Positions 34,091 to 47,897 of a DNA stretch of 64,000 nt are shown piece after piece. The first letter of the stretch is position 1, and each line of letters starts with the position of its first letter. Origin of the DNA: Octopus sinensis (lineage: Eukaryota); NCBI RefSeq assembly GCF_006345805.1, contig NC_043002.1:107322001-107386000 (forward strand), read 5' to 3'. Both the position numbers and the translations under genes were made by a program. The notes beneath the pieces are model-generated. The model was given only the letters and a program-made list of their open reading frames with translations, made no database searches and was not told where the DNA came from.

Positions 34091-35280
34091 ATTTTTTGCA
34101 TTTCCTGTTGGGATGGTAAGCCTGGTATCATTTTCAAATAGGTTTCAGTACCCTTTTTTTTTATCATTCCTAGAGATCCCACAATCACTGGTACAGTTGT
34201 CGCCTTGAAATGCCACATTTTTTTTCATTTCTATTAGCAAGTCTTTATATTTGCTGATCTTGTCAAATTCTTTCGCTGCTATATTGTGATCGCAAAGAAT
34301 ACTCATGTCAATTAATAAACATACCTTTTTTGTCTGATCTTTTATAATAATATCCTGTTTATTAGCTTTTATTGTTTTGTCGGTACGTACGGGGAAGTCC
34401 CATAGAATCGACACATTTTCTCACTCAGTCACGGCTTCAGGATGGTTTTTATACCATTTGTCAGCGGTTTTGTTTTTATAATGCCCACATATTGTCCAGT
34501 GTAAATACTGGCCGACTCTGTCATGTCTTGCTTTATATTCTACAGGTGCTAAGACTACACCCTGAGATCAGGTGGTCTATAGTTTCAATCTCATCGTTAC
34601 AGAATCGGCATTTTTGGTCAGCTCATTTTTTTTTTACATTCGCTTGGTAGTTCCGGATTAATAAACTTTGGTCTTGTGCAGCTAATATGAAACCTTAACT
34701 CTCTGCTTTTAGCCCTGAGCTTCGTAACCATTGGTGCGTGTGTTTCTGGTCGACATCAGCTTGTTTGCTACGAGCCACATACTTGCCATGCAGAGGTTTC
34801 TATTCCCATCTGCTAGCTAATTTTTCATGCGCTTTTGTCTTTGCAATTAATTTTATTTTCTTTGCAGCAGCAGTTGGCGCATTTCCTTCAACCTGATCAA
34901 TCTGGTAGGTATCTGAGAGATCAGTAGCGAATTTTTTGCTCTCTTTCAGAATAGAGTGAAGTTTTTTCGGTCTTTCATGTTTTTACAATCGTTGGTTGTT
35001 TCAAGGTATTTGGCCAGTCCGATTGTGGTGGTTTTGTACGTAAGTTCAAGCTGGTTCAAGCCTCAACCTCCCTGAGCTCTGGGAATGTAAAGACGATCCA
35101 CGTCTGCCTTTGGATGGTGCATCTTATTACAAGTCAGTAGATTGCGGATTTTTCTGTCACTTTTCATTATTTCACTGGTATTCCAGTTAAGCACATTGAA
35201 GCTACAAAGAACAACCGGGACTGCTAGGGAATTTATGGCTAACACCTTATTATATGCATTCAGCTCAGACTTCAGGACTT
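34091..35280 (-). mobile_element. R4/Dong-clade LINE fragment (RT C-terminus, CCHC region, REL endonuclease)
   Basis: AINSLAVPVV...MHHPKADVDRLYIPRAQGG; ILWDFPVRTDKTIKANKQDIII...LLIDMS...KISKYKDL; TVPVIVGSLG; frameshifted. Confidence 0.88.
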
Positions 35281-35640
35281 ATTATTATTATTATTGAGTG
35301 AGAGAGCAGTTCATGCCATCAAAGTGACACTGGGGTAAAATATACGAAGCCCAATATACCCATCATGACTACCCGTCTGATAAGGGTACACCAGGCATAT
35401 GCATCACAACCATATGAGCGCGACATGGTGATCTCATATCAAGATAAACAGCACATGACCTTGCAGGTGGGGCCCAGTTAGAATTTTCTTCAGGTTGAGT
35501 AGCCCATCCCGCTCAAACGGTCCCTGAATAAGGGTTGTTTAAGGATGTTGAAAAAACCACCCATGTTTCCAGAGGTGAATTATTCAAACCCCAAAGAATC
35601 CCTCTCAACACATGGCTATGATGCTCCCCCACTATTATTA
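35281..35640 (-). mobile_element. (AAT)n-tailed interspersed repeat, probable LINE 3' UTR
   Basis: Bounded by (ATT)n on both sides; family identity not determined. Confidence 0.45.
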
Positions 35641-35927
35641 TTATTATTATTGCCCGAAACTGTCATATCATCACACAGTGTTTTCTCTCTCCTAGACTCT
35701 TGTCTATCTTGATAAAGGCCGTATTTCCGAAGCGTTAATAACTTTTCCTTTTCTTCACAGCAAAACTACATAGACTTTACCATTCCCCCTGCCCTGCCAT
35801 TGCATATTTGTTGTCGATGTAGATCCACAACAAATTCCATTGTATTCTAGATTTCAACGATACAATGAGTGTCGTAGTCAATCCACTTATAAATTTTTTC
35901 TTGGGAAATAGATGTTATGATTTAGAG

Positions 35928-36656
35928 CATAAGTTCTCAAAGTGGGCGCTACGGCCTTCACCCCCACCCCCGCCCCCGGTGGGCGTCGAGAGGGTCCAGG
36001 TGGCCGCTGATGTCTAAGGAGATGATGCGGTGGTGGAGAAAAGGAGGCATTGGGAGGAAGGCAGTGGATTGGGAGACGCTTATGAATTTATGATATTATT
36101 ATAGTATTGTATACAAATTATATAATATTATATTAGATATCAAATGATTTATAGTATATATATATATAAATTAGTAAAATATAAAATATTTACTTATAGA
36201 CGTAGGAGTGGCTGTGTGGTAAATAGCTTGCTTGCGAACCACATGGTTCCGGGTTCAGTCCCACTGCATGGCACTTTGGGCAAGTGTCTTCTACTATAGC
36301 CTCGGGCCGACCCAATCCTTGTGAGGGGATTTGGTAGACGGAATCTGAAAGAAACCCGTTGTATGTATGTGTGTTTGTTTGTTTGTGTGTGTATCCCCCC
36401 AAATCACTTGACAACCGATGCTGATGTGTTTACGTCCCCGTAACTTAGCGTTTCGGCAATAGAGAACGATACAATAAGTACTAGGCTTACAAAGAATAAG
36501 TCCTGGGGTCGATTTGCACGACTGCAGGTGGTGCTCCAGCATGGCCACAGTCAAATGACTGAAATAAGTAAAAGAGTAAGAGAGTAATACATAAAAGTAG
36601 GGGTGGGGGCCCTGAGGGTGGGAAGGCGATGGCCCCAAAATGCTTGAGAACCTCTG
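35928..36656. mobile_element. hAT (Charlie-type) MITE with nested SINE B
   Basis: 8-bp TSD atttagag at 35920-35927 and 36657-36664; termini cataagttctcaa / ttgagaacctctg. Confidence 0.82.
36199..36590 (+). mobile_element. SINE family B
   Basis: Full head and tail. Confidence 0.9.
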
Positions 36657-37129
36657 ATTTAGAGCAATAGGAATAAACTGTCAGGAAGGCATAGATCTAG
36701 TTTTGATTCTTAGTTGAAGTTATTAAATACATCGCTGGAAACCCATGAAAGTAAGAAGTGTAACGAGCCAACGAGAGAGTCACTTCATGATCTGCAATAG
36801 TTACAGCAGACAGCTCTACCTTAAATTCCACCTCTCGGGGTTACATTAGATAATGTGGTTCAAGATAAACAGTGTGATAAGCAAAATGGGGAAGATGTGT
36901 GTGGTAGGGGTGTATTAGTAGAAAAATGGGTTCCATCGAGACTGACTTTGAGCTAAACAACATTAGGGTTGCACACAATCTCACCTGGTGATATTGCGTA
37001 CCTGTTTATTTATGAGTTCAAGAAATAATATGCATTCATAAAACCAGCGTCTATTGTCCTTTAATATAAGCTGTGTGATAGGAGAGGCAGACTCCAAGGA
37101 AATCGGCGCAACCAATAAATATAAGTCCA

Positions 37130-37556
37130 CCAGTTTTTTTTTTAATGTATACCTATTTCTTTACTACCCACAAGGGGCTAAACACAGAGGGGACAAACGG
37201 ATTAAGTCGATTATATCGACCCCCGCGCATAACTGGTGCTTAATTCATCGACCCCGAAAGGATGAAAGGCAAAGTCGACGTCGGCGGAATTTGAACTCAG
37301 AACGTAACGGCAGACGAAATACCTATTTCTTTACTACCCACAAGGGGCTAAACACAGAGGGGACAAACAAGGACAGACATAGGTATTAAGTCGATTACAT
37401 CGACCCCAGTGCGTAACTGGTACTTAATTTATCGACCCCGAAAGGATGAAAGGCAAAGTCGACCTCGGCGGAATTTGAACTCAGAACGTAACGGCAGACG
37501 AAATACCGCTAAGCATTTCGCCCGGCATGCTAACGTTTCTACCAGCTCGCCGCCTT
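37130..37556 (-). mobile_element. SINE A array, 2 units
   Basis: atgtatacc duplicated on both flanks. Confidence 0.9.
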
Positions 37557-38538
37557 TTTTATGTATACCACTTCTTCCCTTCCTCTAACCACAAATTATT
37601 CAGTATAATATATTGTTTGGTCTCTTTATCAAAGATGTTCCAGTCGTGGCCATTCCATCATTTTGTATATAAGCAACTACATTGTCCAGTGTCATTTTAC
37701 TGTTGTTGTTCTGTTCCAAATTAGCCGACATTGGACAAACCTGCGATTAAAGATTTCTCAGTCATTACCACCCTGCCTTGTCCAAGATGGACTTATCCAA
37801 TTTGCTTGTCTTACAGTCCCATCTACAACATTCCACCTGCAACACCACCACACCTTTTTCTGTTGGTCTTCCTCATCCTGCGACGATGGTCAAGGCTTTA
37901 GAAATTTTCAAACTCTCCTGCATTCCCAGCGCCCTTCACTTCCTGTTTTAGAACGAATAGATTGTGATTTTTGAGTGAAATTTGGTTGCTAATTCTAGCT
38001 GGTCAACCACACTGTGGCGATTGCTTTCCTTGGTTCGTGGATCGCAGCAGAGATAACAGTGGTTATGATGACAATGCCAGCGGTGGTGGTGGTGGTGGTG
38101 GTGGTGTTGATGGCTTTGTTGACGGTGTCTTTAAATAAATGTTGGCATCTATTTCATTTGCATAATGATGATGATAATGATAGTGTTGGTGGTGGTGGTG
38201 GTGGTGGTGATGGTGGCATGTGGATGAGGGGAGAGTAGGCAGTTGTCCCCCGTCAGTCTATCTTCTTCAGGGCAATTCGATATACCCTTCACAACTATTT
38301 TCTCACGGTCCCTCAGACCACCTCGGCGTATCTCTTATCTCTCGGTGTGTTTCACCTGTCGTCGTCATCGTCTTCTTCTTCTTCTTCTTCTTCTTCTTCT
38401 CGTTGTTGTTGTTGTTGTTGCTTCGACACGACAATTACTGCTGCTTGTAAAACGGTCATAAATGTGTGTATGTACGACTACATCTACGTAAATATATGAC
38501 TGTATGTCGAGAAATATGTTTGTGAATGTGTGTATATA

Positions 38539-38543
38539 TATAG

Positions 38544-38628
<85 letters not shown>

Positions 38629-38655
38629 GATAGATGTGTGTGTGTGTGTGTGTGA
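38539..38655. repeat. (GATA)n followed by (TG)n
   Basis: Direct reading. Confidence 0.95.
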
Positions 38656-39176
38656 ATATCTAAACTCCTTTACAAGCGATGGAGGAGTAGCATGTTGTTC
38701 TTGTTGCTACTGTCATTATCTACAAGTTACTGACCCCCTAAATTTTACAGTGTATAAAGCTATACTGGGATGGAGTGGAGCGGCGGTGGTGGTGGGGAGG
38801 GCACCGGAGACAGGATACCGATGAGGGTGGAGGCAGCGGGCTAGTCCCAGTAACCAGATGTTATAGCAATGGACTCCGTAAACCCCTTTCGTTTATCTCC
38901 TCGACTGTCTTTTCGTTTCTTTCCTTGTTTTTTTTGTGGTTGTTTTTGGGTTCCCCCACTCCACCCCCGCCTCGCTTAGGTCAGCTCTGATCCAGCAAGC
39001 TTAAAATCAAAATGCGTTCCAGCCGTGACCTTCTACTCTTATTTTAACCTCACGTCTACATTATCCAATATGACACCACCATCTTTTTATATTTGCTTTT
39101 TGTTCTAAAGACAGTGGGTTTGGGAGATTAGTGGGAGATTTGCTGTTATTTCTAGCAAGTCAAACGACCACTCTGG

Positions 39177-39249
<73 letters not shown>

Positions 39250-39670
39250 CTCTCACTCTCTCTCTCTCACTCTCTCTGCCATTGTATTTGTATTGTACAA
39301 AGCAAACAACCACTTTCTCTTGACCAACAGTATCGCCAGACCATGATGGAATATATCTTTTGACCTGCATAGATTGTTTTTTTCGGATGGCTTGAAGCCA
39401 TAATACCTATTAAAGACATTTCATCCCTTACCTCATGCAAAAGACCTCACTCATGGCCGGGTGCGTTTCATGTTTTGGAACTGCTTTGACCATAACGACC
39501 GGCAGGGGTCGTCAATTTTAATCCAGTCTCTTTGCTTAAATTTCAGACCTACTGGGTACGCGTCGAAACCGTACCACAGCTTATCACCCCCATGTCAAGA
39601 TTATAGAACCAGTTCATCGCTTGAATATATGGCTGGTAGTCGAAACTTAGGCGGAATACTGGTGGAAATG

Positions 39671-40060
39671 GTGGAGGCGCAATGGCCTAGTGGTTAGGGC
39701 AGCGGACTCGCGGTCGTAGGATCGCGGTTTCGATTCCCAGACCGGGCGTTGTGAGTGTTTATTGAGCGAAAACACCTAAAAAGCTCCACGAGGCTCCGGC
39801 AGGGGATGGTGGTGATCCCTGCTGTACTCTTTCACCACAACTTTCTCTCACTCTTACTTCCTGTTTCTGTTGTACCTGTATTTCAAAGGGCCGGGCTTGT
39901 CACACTTTGTGTCACGCTGAATATCCCCGAGAACTACGTTAAGGGTACACGTGTCTGTGGAGTGCTCAGCCACTTACACGTTAATTTCACGAGCAGGCTG
40001 GTCCGTTGATTCGGATCAACCGGAACCCTCGTCGTCGTAACCGACGGAGTGCTTCCTCCA
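39671..40060 (+). mobile_element. SINE family C, long-tail form
   Basis: 13-bp TSD actggtggaaatg at 39658-39670 and 40061-40073. Confidence 0.92.
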
Positions 40061-40427
40061 ACTGGTGGAAATGATGGGAATACATAAAGAGACGGCGTGT
40101 CCCTACTTTCTAGTGATTGAGAGCAGTGGCTTACAGCAGCCTGCCCCTGTTTTCCCGACCTCAGCCTCCTCAACCCTTAGCACATTCCTTGGTTCTAAAA
40201 TCCATTTGTGTCCTCATTGAGGAAGGCTGTAGTCCCGATCGCTCGACCTGCTGGAAATAGAAACCAACTCTCACAATAATTACACTATTCTCTGTCATAA
40301 ATTATAAAGGACATCTGTTCTGTAATACGAGTTCTTAGAGTACCGTTCGGTTATGGTTGGACTAGCGCTGAATAACAACAACAACAACAAAAGCGGACGC
40401 GCGCACGCACACACTAGCGTGTGTGTA

Positions 40428-40471
<44 letters not shown>

Positions 40472-40723
40472 CGCGCATGCCAATCATTTACTAATAGTCC
40501 GAACTATCGTATTCACAAAACGCACGTTCATCTTTGAGAACCGTGGGAACTTTGGAGGAAAAAATTCAGATCGTTGTGTTATTCGCCGAGTTTCTAGATT
40601 TCATCGTCATAATCACCATCATCATCATCGTCGTCGTAGTCGAGGTCATCGTCCATATTATCGGCGTTGTGGTCGACGTTATCTTTATTATCATCAGTAT
40701 CATCGTTATTATTACTATTATTG

Positions 40724-40767
<44 letters not shown>

Positions 40768-40923
40768 GTTATTATTATTATTATTATTATCAACAGCAGC
40801 ACAATATCATAATATTCAACTTCATTATTTATGTTTAATGATAATAATGGTGTCTGATACACTGACACTAGTTGTTATATTTCGTTGTTCAACGCAAGAA
40901 TAATTAAGCACACACACACACAC

Positions 40924-40956
<33 letters not shown>

Positions 40957-41026
40957 TAACCTCACCTCCTAACATAACCGCTATCAACATCATCGTTGCG
41001 CATGACTGATTATATGCGCTCGCGTG

Positions 41027-41080
<54 letters not shown>

Positions 41081-41087
41081 TCTTACG

Positions 41088-41493
41088 CTTTACTCTTTTA
41101 CTTGTTTCAGTCATTTGACTGTGGCCATGCTGGAGCACCGCCTTTAGTTGAGCAAATCGACCCAGGACTTATTCTTTGTAAGCCTAGTACTTACTCTATC
41201 GGCTCTTTTGCCGAACCGCTAGATTACGGGTACGTAAACACACCAGCATCGGTTGTCAAGCGATTTGGGGGGGACCAAACATAGACACACAAACATACAC
41301 ACACGCACACACACATATATATACATATATACGACAGGCTTCTTTCAGTTTCCGTCTACCAAATCCACTCACAAGGCTTTGGTCGGCCCGAGGCTATAGT
41401 AGAAGACATTTGTCCAAGGTGTCACGCAGTGGGACTGGACCTGGAACCATGTGGTTGGTAAGCAAGCTACTTACCACACAGCCACTCCTGCAC
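41088..41493 (-). mobile_element. SINE family B
   Basis: Full head and tail. Confidence 0.9.
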
Positions 41494-41508
41494 CTACACA
41501 CACACACA

Positions 41509-41605
<97 letters not shown>

Positions 41606-41753
41606 CATATACATAAATATTTGTTGTTCGAAAAATAGTTCATATTCCTTGTACTCATACTTCGCATTGTTGGTTGTACACGTTTCGTGACGTCCTGTGC
41701 TCACATATGCATATGTAAGTATGTACACATACGTATATATATATATATATGTA

Positions 41754-41798
<45 letters not shown>

Positions 41799-41862
41799 CT
41801 CTCTCTAGTTTCAGCTCAGAGCTGCGGTCATGCTGATGCACCGCCGTTTTGCTACGCTGTTA

Positions 41863-44835
41863 TTACTGAGAGCCTCCTCTAATATGTGGCACTTGGTGAA
41901 GAATGGAGTTTGATGTAGCTACCCTCATTTGCACCTCTTGCCGTGAGGTAGGTTCATCGTGGACACTCGACAGGAAGAAGTCCAGCTTTGATTTAAAAAC
42001 ATCTACATCTACTTTGTGCAAGTTCCTCAGGCTCTTCGGGAGAATATTAAAAAGCTGTGGGCCCCTGAAACCCAGGCTTTTGTAGTAACTGGTCCTGAAG
42101 CGCGATGGTGTTGCTGGGACCTTTGGCACTATGCAGTGTCGTCCCGTTCTGGCATTGGTGTAGCTTTCAATGCCAAAATTTGGCACAATTCCTTCCAGGA
42201 TCTTCCAGGTGTATGTTACTGCATACCTCTCCCGTCTTCTCTCCATGAAGTAGAGTCTTAGCTGTTTCAACCTTCCCAGTAGCTGAGCTGTTGTAAAGAG
42301 ACGATCTTCTTTGTGAATCTTCTCTGGATTGCTTCAAGGTCCACTGTTAATTTCACACTGGTGGGTGACCATATCTGTGAGCAGTAATCCAGGCGGCTGA
42401 GGACGAATGTCCGCCAGAGGACCATCATGGTTTCCTTTTCTCTGGTTCTGAACGTTCTTAGGATCCAGCCTGCCAGTCGTTTGCATTTTGTCGCCGTCCT
42501 GGTAATGTGCACTTGGAAAGAGGTATCATCACTCATGTCTACACCTAGGTCGCTCACTGATTTAGGCTCTTAGATTGAAATTCCCTCTGGACCGGTGGAC
42601 CCTGTAAGCTTCATATTCAGTTTTGGATCCTGGTAGCGCAGGGTTTGGAATTTTTCAGCATTAAATTGCATATTATTATTATCCTCAGCCCATCTGTAAA
42701 TTGAGTCATACTCCTGCTGCAGGTGTGCAATATCGCCGGGGTTCTGTATTTTCTGCGAGACTTTTGTATCATCTGCATAGCTTGCAAGGGTGGCTATCCG
42801 GGACCTTGAGGGCATATCTGAGAGCGCCACTATAAAAAGCAGTGGTCCCAAGACAGTGCCCTGTGGAACACCGCTCACTATTTGTGTGTTCATAGATGTG
42901 GCTCCATTAATCACTACTGCCTGACTCCTATCTTTCAGAAAGTCATGTAACCACTCTCCAAGTTTTCCAGTTATGTTAAGATCACGCAGTTTGTGGCATA
43001 TCATACTATGATCCACCTTGTCAAAAGCTTTTGCAAAATCAAGGTATATTACGTCCACATTTGAGTGGTTGAGTAACTGGCACTATGCAGTGGCGTCATA
43101 ATGTTGTGAGAGCTGGGTCAGGCAGCTCCTACTTGGTCGAAAGCCATGCTGGGTATCACTCAGCAAGTTATTTTCCTCAAGGAATGCGATTAATTTCCCT
43201 TTGACTATCCGTTCCATGACTTTGCTGATGTGTGAAGTCAGAGAGATAGGCCTATATTTTTTGGCATCTGCTCTGCTTTCCCCTTTATGTATTGGGCATA
43301 TTATTTCCTCCTTCAGCTTGCTTGCCAGTTTGCCATTTGCAAGAAAGCTCTGGAAAAGAATCTGGAGGGGTTTAGCCAGGGAATGCTTACACGATTTGAG
43401 GAGGATTACTGGGAAACCATCAGGACCAGCAGTTGAGTTTGTGTCCACTTCATCTATGGCTAGTAGTATACCTTCTTCGCTAATGTCAGTGTATTCTGTT
43501 GTAACTGCCTCGCTGGTTATAGGTGAGGCGGCAAAGAAGTCCACTGGCTCGTTCACTTGTCTATGTTCCAACGGGGTGGTAAAGACACTTTTGAACTGGT
43601 CATTCAGTATCACACTGAACTTAGTTGGACTGTCTGTGAGGGAGCCATCCTTTTGGAAGAGGGGTCCTATCTGGCAGTGCACTGAGGCTGTTTCTTTCGC
43701 GTAATGAAAGAAAGCCTTTGGGTTTGACTTAATGTTTTTTATAAGCCAGGCTTCTTTGTCTGCTTTCTCCTTCACATAGGATTGTTGCAGCTTTCTTTCG
43801 ATCTCCATCAGTGTTGTTTTTAGGCGGAACCTTTCGCTACTTTTGGGATGTTGGTTGAGTCGATTTGCAACCTTCGTCCGTCGTCTCGTGAAGATCTTCC
43901 TCTCACTTGGACTCTTGTTCTTATTTGTTTTGACCTTATGCTCTGGGACATATTTCTGGCATATGGCTTGCACAAAAGAAATGAAACATTCTAGTTTCAT
44001 GTCAATGTCTGGTGTGGAGAGACATTTCGGCCAGTCCTCTCTGAGGATCTCTTTTTGGATCGATTTCCAGTCTGCTTTGTGAAAGTTCAGATTGGAGAGA
44101 TTTCGGGTGCTTCCTTTAGGCTGTATGTCTCTGGTTACTTTCGGCCCAAACATAGACAGCTCTATTATGTTGTGATCTGAGACTAATGTCGGCGTCACTT
44201 TCACATCATGAATGATGTCCATATTGTTCATGAAGCAGGGACCCAGAATATTATTCGACCTAGTTGGTCTGAGCACAGCTTGCTCCATGAATAGGGCATT
44301 GGTGAGGTTGAGCAGGGACTCCACCTGTGCTTGCTTGCAATGAGTCAATCCCTGAGAGTATGAGACCTTCGGGTCATTTGACGTTGGGGAAGTTGAAACT
44401 GTAACACTACGTGACCATATTTCTTATGGGTGATTTCATGAGGATTTCTTCAATTCTTGTGAGGCAATCTTCAAACTTGCCTATGTGGTTTGGAGCATCC
44501 GGTGGGGAATATGTATTGCATATGACTATATTATGTTGTCTTATGTATACAATTAGAGTGTCACATACCGAATTTGAGTATGACAGTAAGACCTGAGGTG
44601 TGAGGTCATCACGGATGTATACAGCAACTCCACCATTGCTCCTTTCCGTTCTGTCTGTTCGCAGTATGGCGTTGTTTGGTACATGCACTTCTGCATCCTC
44701 TATATCAGGGCTGAAGTGAGTTTCCACGAGTGCTATGCATAGGGCTTGATTGCATGCAGTAAGATCTCACAGGAAAGAAATTTTGTTTTTATTATGATGC
44801 AACAGGCCCCCAATATTTAGTAAAAGTATTGGGGT
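41863..44835 (-). pseudogene. LINE ORF2 (APE endonuclease plus reverse transcriptase), disrupted
   Basis: LVETH, GGVAVYIRDD, FNFPNVK, YRPISLTS, QHGFRPSRSC, VIYLDFAKAFDKVDH, GVPQGTVLGP, SYADDTK; several stops and frameshifts. Confidence 0.93.
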
Positions 44836-44899
44836 GACGACTGTGCAGGCGTTAGGGGAAGTCTGTTGACTGTGGTGGTCTTGCATAGTGGTGGGCAAG

Positions 44900-46050
44900 G
44901 TTCCTTATTTGTGCTTGGTGTAGCCAGGTCAGCTGCTGTACAATCCTTTGCGCCATGCACGAAAAAGTCTCTTGCTCAGCTGCTGCGTTGCGCAGAACAT
45001 CTGAGGAGCACACTTCTTTTCTGAATGTTTTCCTCGGAGACATTTGTTGTTTTTCCTCAGTGAAGCGTTTCTCTTTAAGGCCCCTGTAGTTCTGGTGGGG
45101 TGTCGAGTGGGTTGCGATTTAATTCTTTCTCCTCCCAGTTTGGTGTCATCGTTTTTTAAGCCCAGAGGGGGAGTAGAGGCTAGAGAGGTAGTGGGATATA
45201 GAGGGAGGTAGAGAAAAAAAACACAGAGAGGGGAAATAGGGAAAGAGAGAGGGAGATATGAAGGAAAAAGAGAGGTGCTATGAAGGAAATAGAGAGGGTG
45301 ATATGAGGAAAGTGTTTGCCGTCCTCCCCAGGCAGAGAAGGATAGTGGAGCCAAGCAGTAACCAGATGCGCCCTTGTACCAGTGGTCCTACAAAGGAACG
45401 GAGCCCTTACCCCATTAGAAAACCAGAAAAAAAAAGTTCCCACCACAAGAAAAGGAAGGAAGGAAAACAAAAATAAGAAGGAAAGTAAGATTTAGCGTAT
45501 AAAATTTGCAGGTTCTTGAGTGCCTTCCAGATTTCTTCTTTCCTATAGGGATGGCATTGGATCCTCCATGGGGTTTTCTATTGTTTGTTTGGTGGGTTGG
45601 GATTTCGATTTTGGTTGTTTCGCCTTTTCCTTTTTCTTCCTTTCCTTCTTTATTTTTGTTTTCCTTCCTTCCTTTTCTTGTGGTGGGAACTTTTTTCTTC
45701 TGGTTTTCTAATGGGGTAAGGGCTCCGTTCCTTTGTAGGACCACTGGCACAAGGGGGCTTCTGGTTACTGCTTGGCTACCCTATCCTTTTCTGCCTGGTC
45801 GTTCACTGGGGGGGGGGATCCATTTTCTTGAGGAACCTCAGGATTACAGAGATTTCCGGGTTTTGTTTCCTTTTCTTTTTCGTCTTCTCCATCCTTATCA
45901 GCCTTTCCACAATAGTTTCCGATTATGTCATCCAAGGTGTTAATGTTTGGTCTTCTTCCGCTCTATCTGGTCAATGGTTCTGTGAAAGCCATTGTTCTTT
46001 AGTGCAGCAGTGATGATGTTGTTTGGCAGATCGCCACTAGCAATCACTCA
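44900..46050 (-). pseudogene. LINE ORF1-like remnant, split by an inverted duplication
   Basis: Basic low-complexity region ending RTCKFYTLN (about 45490); resumes NKCLRGKHSEKKCAPQMFC (about 45050). Confidence 0.5.
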
Positions 46051-46099
46051 TGCTCGCAGCAGATTTAATTCTTTCTTCTCCCAGTTTGGTGTAATCTTC

Positions 46100-46830
46100 G
46101 TTTTTTAAACCCAGAGGGGGAGTAGAGGCTAGAGAGGTAGTGGGATATAGAGGGAGGTAGAGAAGAAGAAACACAGAGAGGGGAAAGAGGGAGGGAGATA
46201 TGAAGGAAAGAGAGAGGTGCTATGAAGGAAATAGAGAGGGTGATATGAGGAAAGCAAGGAGGTAGCGTGTTAAAGAGACAGAGAAAGATAGAGGAAGGGG
46301 AGAAAGAGAGACGGAGTGAGGGAGAGGATGGGAAGAGAAAGAGAGATAGAGGGAGGGAGAGGGGGGAATACAAAGAGAGACAGAGTGAAGGGGAATAGAA
46401 AGAGAGACAGAGTGAAGGAGAGGAGGGGAATAGAAAGAGAGACAGAGTGAAGGAGAGGAGGGGAAGAGAAAGATAGACAGGGCGAGGGAGAGACAGGAAA
46501 GGATGAAGGATGTAAGAGAGAGGGAGAAACGGAGTGAGAAGAAGGGAGAAATGAGAAGTATATGAGGGAAGGGTTGAGGTGACAGAAGGAGAGGTAGATG
46601 TTGTGAGATGCAAAGGAAAGGAAAGAGAAGTAAGAAAAGAGGAGGATATGAAAGGGAGGGAGAGAGATGAGAAAAGAGTAAGATATGCAAGAGAGAGGGA
46701 AAGAGTAGGCGTAAAGAGAGATAAAGGGAGGGAGAGAGGAGCAGGAAAAGGAGGAATATATGTAAGGAAGGAGAGAGGAAGAGGTAGATATAAAGACAGT
46801 AGGAGTAGGTATCGAAATGTGTAGGGAAAC
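46100..46830. repeat. ~730-bp polypurine (GA-rich) tract
   Basis: Plus strand mostly A/G, with internal repeats such as gagagacagagtgaaggagaggaggg. Confidence 0.85.
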
Positions 46831-46865
46831 GAAAGACAATACATAGTTCTAAACACGATTTATAA

Positions 46866-47255
46866 TCTTTATATATAAAAGAGAGGTTGTGTGCTGTCTG
46901 TCTCCTACGATTTAGATTCCTAACTACTCCCACATTTTGCGGCGCAGTTTAACCAAAACCGGGTATCTTATAGTCGTGATTCATATCGAGCCCTTCTGGG
47001 TATTAGCGCGCGTCTACGATGAGTCTACGATTTAAAAAAAAATTTACCATCATTTTTTTCCATTTTAATGCATTTTTTCGCTATTATATAAGGGAAGTAA
47101 CTCTCTAAAAATGTCTACGATGAGTCAACGATTTAAAAAAAAAATTACCATCACTTTTTTTCCATTTTTAATGCATTTTTTTGCTATAACTCTCTAAAAA
47201 TGCTTATATAGTTATTTCCCTTACAAACCCGAGCAACGCCGGGCGATACTGCTAG
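46866..47255 (+). mobile_element. Non-autonomous Helitron
   Basis: A|TCtttatatataaaa ... cccgagcaacgccgggcgatactgCTAG|T. Confidence 0.87.
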
Positions 47256-47818
47256 TTCTAAATAATTTTAAAGAGATAAAGTGAAAAAAAGGAACGATAG
47301 TTTCGTGATTTCTAGTTTTCAAATAGATTGAAAGCGAAGTGGACGCTGCAATAGAAGTTGAAAGAAAATTATTCTCAGAAAGTAAACAAAGATGAAGTCG
47401 TAACTCAGATGTTACCTTAAGTTAAAGGAAAATAAGCAAATGAAAGGGATACTTATTCGCAAGAGGTAAAATTCCAAATCCTTGTCCTTGTACGAAGTTT
47501 TCCTTAAAAAAAAAAAAAAAAAAAACAATTCTTTTTGCTTCTTACATTCGGCTGGAAATAAAAGTACGATTTGCAACGACGTGCTTTTTTGACGAAAACT
47601 CTCGCATGCGTAACTGACTTTAATGTATTATATTCAGCTTGTAGCGAAATATATTACGGTTTTTAATTAATATATTATAGTAGACCGTTATGAGATAACA
47701 AGTTCTGCGTTTTGTCAGTTTTAGCAGATTAGTTCGTCGATTTATGCAACCCCTTTTTGGTTGTTTCAAGAGAACGAAAAAACACGTCTTTCTTCAACGA
47801 AACCGGAAGTATATATAT

Positions 47819-47848
47819 AGTTGGAAAATTGGGAGAGTATATCTCTCG

Positions 47849-47897
<49 letters not shown>

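Larger units (their letters stand above)
41797..46110 (-). mobile_element. Near full-length CR1-group LINE, rearranged in the ORF1 region
   Basis: ORF1-like Cys/His segment, APE endonuclease, RT and 3' stem-loop tail in order on the minus strand. Confidence 0.9.

Noticed and set aside
43201-43704. Plus-strand ORFs over the LINE (41903, 42016, 43201, 43843, 45506)
   Set aside because: Antisense shadows of the LINE reading frames.
46065-46933. 189-263-aa Leu/Ser/Pro/Phe-rich ORFs
   Set aside because: Low-complexity translation of the polypyrimidine strand.
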